Source: Octopus sinensis (lineage: Eukaryota). Taken from it: a stretch of DNA of 64,000 bases. The DNA lies in contig NC_043000.1 of assembly GCF_006345805.1 (NCBI RefSeq), positions 93,434,001 to 93,498,000 of the forward strand, read 5' to 3'. This document shows positions 41,155-53,371 of this stretch, piece after piece. The notes under the pieces were generated by a model. That model was given only the letters and a program-made list of their open reading frames with translations. It was not told the origin of the DNA and made no database searches. Position 1 is the stretch's first letter, and each line of letters opens with the position of its first letter. The position numbers and the translations under genes were made by a program.

Positions 41155-41402
41155 ATGTTTGCGTGTGTGTCTGTGTGTGTGTATGTTTGTGTGTCTGTGT
41201 TTGTCCTCCTAACATCGCTTGACAACTGATGCTGGTGTGTTTATGTCCCTGTAACTTAGCAGTTTGGCAAAAGAGACTGATAGAATAACTACTAGGCTTA
41301 CAAAGAATAAGTCCTGGGGTCAATTTGCTCAACTAAAGCCAGTGCTCCAGCATGGCCACAGTCAAATGACTGAAACAAGTAAAAGAGTAAAAGAGTAAAA
41401 AG
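40934..41402 (+). mobile_element. Full-length family A SINE
   Basis: Complete head, internal (TG)n, body and tail. Confidence 0.9.
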
Positions 41403-41564
41403 AGAATGCTTTAGCTGCATAAATCATTTGTGTCTTTGGAGAATCACAAGGTCAACTTCACCCAGAACATTTGTTGCAGGTTAAACAACTAATGTGGTAA
41501 ATAGATATCAGAAGAAAATGCTACATCAGCTCATTTTACAAATTAGAGCAGCTTTGAAACTTAA

Positions 41565-41784
41565 GCCTTTAACATTCAGATTGCTCTGTGAAATGTAATG
41601 CTTATTCATTCACATTGTTTTGAGTTTGTCATACATTATCTTGTAGCTTTGGGATTTTGATGACGTGATTGTTTATTTTTAGAATGACATTGTAGGGTAG
41701 ATGTGAAAGGTTTGATCTGTCTACTTTGAACATAAAATAGAAAGAATATTTGGGCCTGATGTTGATGGCTTAAATACCAAAGGG
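41565..41784. mobile_element. TTAA-flanked piggyBac-type MITE
   Basis: TTAA|GCCTTTAACATTC...AATACCAAAGGG|TTAA; partial copies at ~55905-56000 and 63951-64000. Confidence 0.7.
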
Positions 41785-42847
41785 TTAAGGATGAATATGG
41801 TGCAGTATCATGATTGAATGGGTTAAATATCATCATCATCATCATCGTTTAACGTCCGCTTTCCATGCTGGTATGGGTTGGACGATTTGACTGAGGACTG
41901 GCGAACCAGATGGCTGCACCAGGCTCCAATCTGATCTGGTAGAGTTTCTACAGCTGGATGCCCTTTCTAACGCCAACCACTCCGAGAGTGTAATGGGTGC
42001 TTTTACGTGCCACTGGCATGAGGACCAGTCAGGTAGTATTGGCAACGGTCACGCCCAAATGGTGTTTTTATGTGCCACCTGCACAGGAGTCAGTCCAGCA
42101 GCACTGGCAATGACTTCACTCGAATGTTTTTTCACGTGTCACTGGCACAAGTGCCAGTAAGGCGACACTGATAATGATCACACTCAAATGGTGTTTTGTA
42201 CGTGCCACCAGCATGGAAGCCAGTTAGCTGCTCTGGCAACGATCATGCTCAGATGGTGCTTTTAGTACTCCACTAACACAGATGCCAGTCACCGAATTTG
42301 ATTTCGATTATGAAATAGCATACCCAGCTGCAAATATATATAATTGAGTATTATAGGGTTTTACCCTGTCAATATCAAAGACCCTTCTTCTCTAAGCCTT
42401 AGAATTCGTTTAAGGCGGCGAGCTAGCAGAAGTGTTAGCATGCCCAGTGAAATGCTTAGCAGTATTTCGTCTGTCTTTACGTTGAGTTCAAATTCCACCG
42501 AGCTTGACTTTGCCTTTCATCCTTTTGGGGTCGATAAATTAAGTACCAGTTACATACTGGGGTCGATCTAATTGACTGGCCCTATCCCACAAAATTTCGG
42601 GCCTTGTGCCTAGAGTAGAAAAGAATCACTGACTCCAGCATTAGTATGATTTTGAATCCTAGAAAATAGTTATTATTTCACAATAACTGTTGTCAGGTGA
42701 AGAAACTGGCAAGAAACCCTTCAGCATTGCATTAAGGTATTTTGAATGGGAGGAACTCATAGGCTTTGTAGGCCTAGACATTCTTGATATCCTGAATAAT
42801 GAAGTAAAGAAGGTTAAAGAATACCTAGAATAATGAAGTAAAGAAAG

Positions 42848-43260
42848 TGCAGGAGCGGCTGTGTGGTAAGTAGCTTGCTTACGAACCACATGGTTCTGGG
42901 TTCAGTCCCACTGTGCGGCACCTTCAGCAAGTGTCTTCTACTATAGCTTTGGGCCGACCAAAGCCTTGTGAGTGGATTTGGCAGACAGAAATTGAAAGAA
43001 GCCCGTCGTAAATATATATATATATATATATACACACATGTATGTGTGTGTATATGTTTGTGTGTCTGTGTTTGTGCCCCCAAAATCGCTTGACAACTGA
43101 TGCTGGTGTGTTTACATCCCCCGTAATTTAGCCCGTTCGGCAAAAGAGACTGATAGAATAAGTACTAGGCTTACAAAGAATATGTCCTGGTGTTGATTTG
43201 CTCGACCAAAGGCGGTGCTCCAGCATGGCCACAGTCAAATGACTGAAACAAGTAAAAGAT
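42848..43260 (+). mobile_element. Full-length family A SINE
   Basis: Highly similar to 40934-41402. Confidence 0.9.
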
Positions 43261-43534
43261 TAAAATAGAATAAGATTATAAAGTGATGATGGACTGAAGT
43301 GGTACACAAGAGAAAAAGATACAAAACTGAGAGTATTAGAAAGAAACTTATAAATATAGCTACACATCTCGATCTGAAGATTATTGTAAATACAAATCTG
43401 AAATGATTGACTTGTTAGACAATATACTGAATCTCACAAGGTGGAAATATGCACTTCCCCTTCTCACAAACCTAATAATCTATATAATTAACTGGCACAA
43501 CCCCTCCACCCACAGTCATCAGACATATTACCAA

Positions 43535-44481
43535 CAGTGACGTATGGTGGTTGTTGTCATTGGGTGTGCTTCCACATTGACCATACTATGACTAACATTG
43601 GTATTACTCAAATTAAGCATACAAATTGTGTATTTCTAAATTTTAAATAAAATCCCCAAGTACGCAACTAAGAAAATCGCAAAATTCACTGAGCTAAATA
43701 TCAACGCACAGCCTTCCACATCGAACCGTTTTTAGTGACTAATGACAAAATAGCCAATACTGCCCAAACTTGTAGTGTTTGATGTGCTAATTTGACCTGA
43801 CTCAAGTTTTGTTTCTGACTTCTAAAAGTGTACTAGTAGTTTTGAAAATAAATTAAGATCAAAGTTATATATTGATTTTGTAAGAAAAATATTACTGTAA
43901 AAAAATTAGTTTTAGTTTAGGAATTTTAAATTATTGTGAAGTACATTTGCCACTTAAATGTGGCTAACCCCTATGGGTGGATGCTACTATAGCTTGTAGC
44001 CCCAGGAGGACACCTCCTCCAGCTGGCTATTGACACACTTTCTGTGCCCTATCAAGCTACAGTAGCATCCACCCTTAGAGGTTAGCCACATTTAAGTGGC
44101 AAATGTACTTCACAATGTTGTGCAGCTACTGTTTATACCTCACTCAGAGATTTATTATTGCAATTTAAAATTAATTTAAACATACATCTTCTTGCCACGA
44201 AAAAGAACATGTGACCGTGCTGTCAAAGCTGTTGCACACCCTTTGCAACATTTTTTGTCATTCTCTCATTATTCTACATTACGCCTAGTACATTATTATG
44301 ATATGATACCCTATGAGGTGTGCAGCGTTATTTCAGGACACAAAAATTCAAGCAGGGGTACAACAAGTTTTCCATTATGATTTGTGATTAAATTAATGAG
44401 TAAGGTTAATATTTATAATGAATTTGCCATTTTCGCTGGGTGTGCAACACACACCTAGCAAACCTGGAATATACGCCCCTG
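43535..44481. mobile_element. Non-autonomous hAT-type element
   Basis: Imperfect TIRs CAGTGACGTAT / ATACGCCCCTG; 8-bp TSD ATTACCAA (43527-43534) / GTTACCAA (44482-44489). Confidence 0.7.
43933..44116. repeat. Inverted repeat with ~64-bp arms
   Basis: ATTGTGAAGTACATTTGCCACTTAAATGTGGCTAACC... and its reverse complement, ~56-bp spacer. Confidence 0.9.
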
Positions 44482-44940
44482 GTTACCAATAATATTAGCT
44501 GGCCATTCTCAGATAAAACCATTTAGTATTACAATATTGCACTCACAAGATCTGGCTTTAAACAAAAAAATTAATAGAACTATAAAGTATAGACATAGAA
44601 AAGTCTAATGGTTTAATACACCAAATAATAAGATTGCAATAATCAATGCAGCTAGGCGATTCTTCATTGTAGTTATTCTAGTGTTTATATATATTCTTTG
44701 AATGATGGCGAAAGGACTCTGGCACGGAAAACTAACGACCAATTAATGGTTCAATCAACACATTAAACAAACAATTGAATAATTTGTTGGTAAAAAATAA
44801 AGAAGTGATACTGGACCAGTGTGTGTGTTTATTTAAAATTTTATTGGAGTAATGACCCTACCTAGACACAACAATACATACATATATTTGTGCGTGTGTG
44901 TGTGCATGTATGTATGTGTATATATATATATATATATATA

Positions 44941-45199
44941 ATAAATATTAGGGAATAAATCCAAATTTACAGGGAAAAATCAGATTTAGGACACAATCCA
45001 ATTTTATAGTAAAATATTATATAATATTAATTAGAGACAAAACCACTATTATGCAAATCAAACAAAGAAAGACTTAATCCAATACATAAAAAATTTTATA
45101 TAAGTGGCGAATTTAATTTTATTTAATTTATATAAAATTTTTATGTATTGGATTAAGTCTTTCTTTGTTTGATTTGCATAATAGTGGTTTTGTCTCTAA

Positions 45200-45210
<11 letters not shown>
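44941..45210. mobile_element. Short fold-back element, same family as 54939-55490, without the ribozyme
   Basis: Same start ATAAATATTAGGGAATAAATCCAAA; arms 45020-45103 and 45128-45210; flanked by (TA)n. Confidence 0.85.
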
Positions 45211-45254
<44 letters not shown>

Positions 45255-45313
45255 TATATATATATATATACATAAAATGTATGTATGTACGTATCTGTCT
45301 ATCTATCTATCTA

Positions 45314-45391
<78 letters not shown>

Positions 45392-45456
45392 CGTACATAC
45401 ATATACATACATACATACATACATATATACATACATACATACATACATACATATAC

Positions 45457-45516
<60 letters not shown>

Positions 45517-46205
45517 GCATAGTATGATTAATGAGATGACACCAATTCATCATGTAATTAATCTCTCAAAGGAGTTTATATTTATGATTTTTTTTATTCT
45601 CATTAAAAAAATATTAAAAAAAAAATCTTTCAACACAGTAATCTTATCTATACTTTACATCTTTCTACCCAAATGCCTTAATATGCATTACATATTAAAT
45701 TAGAGCAGTGGGACAATATGCCTGGCAATATTTGGTTATGTGCTGCTATATACAGAGTTCAAATCCCACCAGGGGCAATGTTGCCTTTCATCTTTTCTGG
45801 AACCGATAAGAATAATTACAAGTCAATTACTGGCAATGAGTTGATTGATTATTCAGCACTCCTATGACCCACACACCCATACCACAAATACACATGCACA
45901 TCACATACACATTATTCATACACAGAAAAATATTGTAGCTTTGTACCAAAAACAGAAGTGAATATTATGTATTAACTTTGTACACTTTTATATTCCAAAA
46001 ATGTATTTTTTTCTGCCCTTATCAGTAGAGAAAAAGCAGCACTTAGGCAATATATATGATTCCTAAGACTCCTGGGTGGAAGTATGTGACTTAGTAGTTC
46101 AGATGTTGCATTCATGGTCGTAAGATTAAGGGTTCACTTCCTGGACTGGGCAATGTGTTGTGTTCTTGAGTAAAAGACTTCATTTCACATTGTCCCAGTT
46201 CATTT

Positions 46206-46526
46206 CTTCATGTCTTCTTCTCACCCTTTCCAAGCCTAGCCAGGCTCATGGGCTCAGTTTTCCGGTTTCTGTGGTGTATGTGTTCCCCCCAGCTGGACGG
46301 GACGCCAGTCCATCACAGTGTTACTCAAGAAAAAAGAAGAGAGAGTGAGAGAAAGTTGTGGCGAAAGAGTACAACAGGGGTTGCCACTCCCACCACTGCC
46401 AGAGCCTCATGGAGCTTTTAAGTGTTTTCACTCAATAAACACACACAACGCCTGGTCTGGTAATCGAAACCTTGATCCTCCGACCGCGAGTCTGCTGCCC
46501 TAACCATGGGGCCATTACGCCTCCAC
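46206..46526 (-). mobile_element. Family C SINE nested in a family D SINE
   Basis: 13-bp TSD TCCCAGTTCATTT at 46193-46205 and 46527-46539. Confidence 0.88.
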
Positions 46527-47279
46527 TCCCAGTTCATTTAGCAAACAAAATTGAGAAATTCTGTGACAGACCAGTGTTCGGTCCAGTAAGGAATTTATAT
46601 GCCACAGAAACCAGAAAACCAGCTTTCAGAGTCTATATGACTTGGGAAGAAGCTTTTGTGCTAGTGGCACATAAAGAAAACCCTTTGGACTTTGAGCCTC
46701 ATGGAGGCAGTGACAAGTGACTGAGACCTTTGGCAATACACCATGCTTGAGAAGAGTCAAGTGAGATTGTAGTCATAGCTGATGCTGGTGTTTCATAACT
46801 GGCACTCATGCTAGTGGCACATAAAATGCATCCACTACACTCTTAGAGTGGTTAGTGGTAGGGAAGGCATCCAAATGTAGAAGCTAAGCCAAATCAGATT
46901 GAGACGTTGTACAGCTCCCCAGCTTACCAGTTTTCAATCAATCTGTCCAACCCATGCCAGCATGGAAAACGGATGTTTAGTGATGATATTGATGATGATG
47001 ACGATGATGATGATGACTACTCGAGGTAAAAGCTCCAACAGTTACTCCACACCATGGAGTATTCTTCATCAAACAGGTAATCCAGCTTTGACTATTTCAT
47101 TGACTTTATATAAATACAAGGATCTGTACCGGAAAATTTATTTTTCTACATTTAAGCCAGTGTGGTGCAAGTAGGAAGATCAATGGCTGGCAGAGTGGTG
47201 AACCAAATGAAGGCTTCTTCTTCATTAGTGTGAACCATAACTCATGGGTTCGGTTGCCACATTTTGCAACAGCAAACCA

Positions 47280-48180
47280 ACATATGAAAGATATTAGATA
47301 TACAAATGTAGACACTGTTCAACAAATAGTATATTTCAGTCATGACTATATATGTGTGATTAATTATTGAAAGAATTATATTCATCTGATAAAATATTTT
47401 TACTGGCTTCAAACAAATATCTGAAGCAACAATGGGGATGAAAGTTGTGCCTACTTATGCCAATTTAATCAGTGCATACCTAGAAGTCTAGCTGTATTAA
47501 TAATCTAGACTAAAGTATGAGGCCAGCTTTCATGAATATATATTAGAATATTAGTAACGTTACTTGGATCACCAGCCAGTCTTCCCCAATGACTTGAAAA
47601 CCATTATTAATAGTGTAACAATATTACATAATATTGTTATTTACAAGATATATGTGATAAATCGTTCTCTTTTAAAGCCTAGAACTTAAACAGATCTATA
47701 AATAATTATATAGGGTTAAAATCTCTTGGATGGAAAAGGCTTTTTCTATTGAAGGGTTTTTACACTATTATTTATAGTATTATCTACTTTGAGTTCTACC
47801 ACTTTAAAAGTGATTTATTTCATAAGCAGCAGTATACAGTTCATGGATATTTTAATCTAAAAAAAGAAAAGGCATACACATTGAAACTGAGATCAACTAC
47901 AAACTGACAGACTTGAAACAATACTTAAATTTTTATTTCTTGCCACCCAAAACTCACCAAAATAAATATACCATCATAAACAATATGTCCAATTGTCTTC
48001 AATTTCAGAATTTGGAACAGAAGATTATAAGAATTAAAAGGGATATAACTTGAAGAACTGTAACCAACAAGGATAATCAATATGAAGATAGGCTTTCCCA
48101 AAGCAACAGACATTCAAGGATTGCAAAGAACAAACACCAATTCTAATATACTAGATACTCTTCCTTATGTCACAGCATAT
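47280..48180 (+). pseudogene. Decayed Penelope-like RT (non-Naiad type)
   Basis: FKQISEATMGMKVVPTYANL..AYLE, RYLD, QFMDILI, INYKLTDLKQYLNF and SCHPKLTKINIP; ~250-bp interruption after RYLD. Confidence 0.8.
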
Positions 48181-48933
48181 ATATGAGAAACTGAGTAATA
48201 CCAATTGGTTGATAACTGACGAAGAATTAGGGACATTCTATGTCTGTCTCCTGTCTAGTTGTACACTCAGTGTACACCAACCATGGATGACACCAGATAG
48301 CCCAAACTGTGAACATGCTTTACTCAACACACTAATTGACATATGCCCATTAGTCCAAACAATTACATATGTATACATATATACATTTATATATATATGA
48401 CGGACTCTCCCGTCATTAGACGACGTATGAGGATTCAGCAATTTTTTACCAAACAACCACACGGATGATTATTTCATAGTGATCAAATGTTTGTGTAGAC
48501 ATAAGCTCACTCCCCTTGTCAAATCGACGTTACCTGTACAGGTGCAACGGGGTGCCACATATCAGATGGCGAAGTGATTGCAGAGCAATGTAAAATGAAG
48601 TGGCTTGCTCAAGAACACAATGCAATGCCTGAACTGGGAATCAAACTTACGATCTTGCAATCATGAGTGCAGCACCTTAACCACTGAGCCATGTGCCTTA
48701 TATATATATATTATTATATATATATATATACATGTATGGTAAGTAGCTTGCTTACGAACCACATGGTTCCAGGTTCAGTCCCACTGTGTGGCACCTTGGG
48801 CAAGTGTCTTCTACTATAGCCTCGGCTGACCAAAGCCTTGTGAGTGGATTTGGTAGACAGAAACTGAAATAAGCCCGTTGTAACCCATGGTAGCATGGAA
48901 AGCGGACGTTAAACGATGATGATGATGATGATG

Positions 48934-48993
<60 letters not shown>

Positions 48994-49061
48994 GAAAGAA
49001 TGGAGTCGAACGAAGATGTTAACAAAATTCCTTTACTCTCAACATATGTTTCGAAGACAAT

Positions 49062-49126
49062 ATGGTTTCATTCCAGAGGAATAAAGGGTGCATTATGCAC
49101 CCTTTATTCCTCTGGAATGAAACCAT
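49062..49126. repeat. Perfect palindrome, 32-bp arms, 1-nt centre
   Basis: ATGGTTTCATTCCAGAGGAATAAAGGGTGCAT-T-reverse complement. Confidence 0.95.
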
Positions 49127-50019
49127 GCTGACGATAAACATAGGATAATTCATTCACCTATTTATATATACATATATATATGTACGTATGTGTATGTGTA
49201 TATTTTTGTGCATCTGTGTTTGTCCCCCCAACATTGCTTGACAACCGATGTTGGTGTGTTTACGTCCCCGTAACTTAGCGGTTCGGCAAAAGAGACCGAT
49301 AAAATAACTAATAGGCTTACAAAGAATAAATCCTGGGATCGATTCGTTCGACTAAAGGCTGTGCTCCAGCATGGCCACAGTCAAATGACTGAAACAAGTA
49401 AAAAAAGACTAAATATATATATATATATATGTAATACTATGTATAATGTATATATCTGTATAGATATACATATATATATATATATATATTTGACTTTTCT
49501 GAAATTTCTAGCATACTGGGCTTGAAATGAAAACCACAAAGTTTAAAAGCATGCTTCTTACACACACCTCTTCTCTTTAAGGTCTATTTAAGTTACTTAC
49601 TTAAAATTTCACACATTATACAAGAATTTTAAAATCCAACAATATGTCATATTCTAAAATGTTTTTTAAATTTTATTATTAAAACAAAATCAACACGAGT
49701 AATAATACCATATATAATAGAAATATCAAATGGCAAGGCTAAATATATATTCTTACATAGAAGTGAATTATATATTTTATACAAACACGTGTATTTACCA
49801 GCGGTAGATATTACAATATATTGTATGCATCTCACCTAACAACTTCTATATTTAAATCTATAGCAATACATTTTGTGAACCCCTAATGTTCCACTATTAT
49901 TACTATTCTCTTATTAAATGATTTAAAATACTGATAGAGGGCTGTAAAAGGTAAGAAAAAAAAGAATTTTTAAATGCATGGACATTTTTACATCTATCAT
50001 ACTTTTGCCTATATGTGTA

Positions 50020-50056
<37 letters not shown>

Positions 50057-50103
50057 TATAATATATATATATATATGTATATATATGTATGTATATATAT
50101 ATG

Positions 50104-50135
<32 letters not shown>

Positions 50136-50571
50136 ATTATACACACACATGAACGTGCACACACAGAGATATGTATGTGTGTATATATGTATCTATGTAC
50201 ATATATATGTATATATATATATATAACCCTCTATCTATCTATATATGTAGATATGTATATATCTATATATGTGAGTACATATATAGATATAGATATATAT
50301 ATATATATACACACACACATGCATATGTATATTTATGAACATATGTATAAATATATATATATATATACAAATATATGTATACATTTATATATACATATAT
50401 ATATATATATATTTACATATAATGAAATATATATATATTTATATAATATATATATGTTTGTATGTATATACAAATGCATATATATATTCTGATACACATA
50501 TATTATATGTGCACACACACACATGCACACACACACAAATATGTATGTGTGTATATATGTATCTATATACA

Positions 50572-50602
<31 letters not shown>

Positions 50603-50603
50603 C

Positions 50604-50649
<46 letters not shown>

Positions 50650-51242
50650 CTATATATATATATATCTATATATATATATATCTATATATATATATATCTA
50701 TATATATATATATATATGTGTATATATGTATGTATGTATACACACACACACATACACACATACACACACGTACAACCTTATGTACCATGTTAAACATTAC
50801 ATATACGGTTACTGGAAATGTGCACAAGCTCCATGGCATCTATATTTATGGCATTTGGTGAAGGCTAACAGAAGCTCAAGACTATAACAGCGGTTCACAT
50901 AATTGAACTGAATCTATCTAACAAACTATTGTTATAGTGTTGTTATCATGATTATTATTAGGGCTGTTGTTGTTATTGTCATTATTAAAATTATTACTGT
51001 TATTCTTGTTGTTTTTATTCTTCTTATCATTTTCCTCATCCTTGTCATTATCTATAGTGTGCAAAATATTCAATATGATAACTGTGGTGAGAGGAATTGC
51101 TAAACAGAAAACAGGGTATATATATAACAGGCCACTTCCTTTGATTCTTAGTGAATCTTCCTAGTGGTATATTGTCACACACATATGCACACACACACGC
51201 CCACACACACACATACATACGCAACCTACATATGTATATACA

Positions 51243-51282
<40 letters not shown>

Positions 51283-51829
51283 ATATATATGAGTGAACAA
51301 ATGAAAGAAAAGGGCACTCAACATATATAGCAGGAGTTACATGTTACATTTAAAACAATTTGATTCAATTTCTGTATATCTATCTATCTATCTATCTATT
51401 TATTAATACACACAAACACATACACATAGATATATATATTATATATATATTATAAATATAATATGTATTATCATCATTGTCATCATTATCATCATCATCA
51501 TCTTCATCAACATAATTTAACGTTCATGTTCCATGCTGGCTTGTCAGGCCCAAACACTGTATTGCCCTCCTCTGTCTACTTTTGGCATGGGTTCTATGGC
51601 TGGATGCCCTTCCTAATGCCAATCACTTCATTGCATACTATTTTGAGGCAACAGCACTAGAGTTTACCATGCGGCTTGCAAGACTATGAACCTTGCAATA
51701 CAGGTGGTTTCATGATGGGAAAGGAAGAATTAAGTTATGAGAGAAGGGGCCTGGGCAGAACAGATTTCTTGCTGCAGAGTCACTCGCATCATTCCTGTTT
51801 ACCAAAACCTTTGAAATTCCTATGCCTAT

Positions 51830-52075
51830 TTTACAACTTCTCAATTCTGAGTTTAGCATTCATACCAGGAATTCTTTCTGCAATTCTTCCCAGTAGATTC
51901 ATCTTTGAGAATTAGATCTTCAGCCTACAGTTTTTCTCATGGACAGCTAGTCTTAAACTCCTCTGTGATGACGTGTAAGACTGTGATAAATTGTACAGTA
52001 CTGAGGGCTGATCCTTGATGAATTCCTACCATCACTCTAAATTTGACACTCGAATTGTTGTTGACTCTTTCTTTA
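51830..52075 (-). mobile_element. RTE LINE reverse-transcriptase fragment
   Basis: FRVMVGIHQGSALS...ITEEFKTSCP*E. Confidence 0.8.
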
Positions 52076-52082
52076 CTTGTTA

Positions 52083-52790
52083 CATCATCATCATCATCAT
52101 CATCATCATCTAGCATCCACTTTCCATGCTGGCATGGGTTAGATTGTTTGACTGGAATGAGTAGCCAGAGAATTGCATCGTGTTCCAGTCTGATCTGGCA
52201 TGGTTTCAACATCTAGATGTTCTTCCTAATGCCAACCACTCTGAGAGTGTAATGGGTGCTTTTTACATGCCACCAGTATGGGTGTCATTTGCATGATGCT
52301 AGTAATGGCGATGACTATGATTTCAAAGGTGCCATTACATAATACTGGAAACGGCCACAATTATAATTTCATCTGACTAGACAAGTTTTCTCAATATCAC
52401 CAAGGTCTTGTGTAGAATATCGCCAGAATATTGGCAAGATATCGGTCACTTGTCATCATCTCCATGGGGCCTAATATTCCAAGATCATGTTTCACCACCT
52501 CGTCCTTTGCCTCTGTGAAGTCCAACATTCAAAGATCATGCTACTGGCAATGGCCAAGATTATGATTTCACGCTTGCCATTTACATGACACCAGCAACAG
52601 CAACGATTCCACTTGACTTGAGTTTTCTCAAGCACAGAATGTCCCCAAAGGTTTCGGTCCCTAGTCGTTGCCACCATGAGGTTTTAGCATTTAAAGATCA
52701 TGCTTCACCAACTCATACCATGTCTTCCTAGGTCTACCTCTTCCACAGGTTCCCATCACAGTTAGTGATTGGCACTTCTTTACACAACAC
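52083..52790 (-). mobile_element. 5'-truncated RTE LINE (ORF end, 3' UTR, (GAT)n tail)
   Basis: CVKKCQSLTVMGTCGRGRPRKTW..VKHDL, followed by the abundant 3' UTR; internal partial duplication. Confidence 0.8.
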
Positions 52791-52803
52791 TTCTTTGTAT
52801 ATA

Positions 52804-53371
52804 TTGGGTTGCCCGGAAAGTTCATGCCGATTTTTAAATATAAAAAAAAGGTGAATAAATACTTGCCATTACAGCTTTAATCAACCAAATATGAACCATT
52901 TTGTTGCACAATGCGTTTCCATCTTTCCTTCAACTTGAAAATACCCTCTTCCCAGAATTGAGGTGATTTTATGGCAAAGAATTTCATCAAGGTATCTTTT
53001 TACGTCATCCAAGGAATTGAAATTTTTACCATTAAGACTATTCTGCAGAGACTTGAATAAGTGAAAATCCGAAGGAGCAATATCTGGTGAATATGGAGGG
53101 TGGGGTAACACATCCCAACCGAGCTGCAGCAATTTTTGCCTGGTTCCCAAAGCATCAAGTGCTGAAAATGAACTTTCTTATCTTCCATTTTAAAGGGTTA
53201 CAGAATTTACACAGGTTATAGGAACATAAACCTTCTTCCATGAAAAAGATAGCTTAAACTGTACTCTAAACAGAGGTGTAGTCAAATCGTATTTTATGGA
53301 CTCAACCATGTTCTAAAATAAATCGAAAGGTAAGCTACTGTAAATTGGCACGAACTTTCCGGACAACCCAA
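52804..53371 (-). mobile_element. Complete non-autonomous mariner deletion derivative
   Basis: TIRs TTGGGTTG(C/T)CCGGAAAGTTC with TA flanks; MEDKKVHFQHLMLWE fused to WDVLPHPPYSPDIAPSDFHLF. Confidence 0.92.

Larger units (their letters stand above)
40640..44620 (+). pseudogene. Fragmented Penelope-like (Naiad-type) reverse transcriptase
   Basis: Collinear motifs LENHKVNFTQNICCRL (41436), IIGFYP (~42350), RK*LLFHN..VKK, FVGLDILDIL, SDDGL (43282), LDLKIIVNTNLK and PPTVIRHI, split by later insertions; outer ends approximate. Confidence 0.7.

Noticed and set aside
48210-48250. CTGACGA-A-GAAT...ATTC after the PLE RT
   Set aside because: No GAAA or stem III follows
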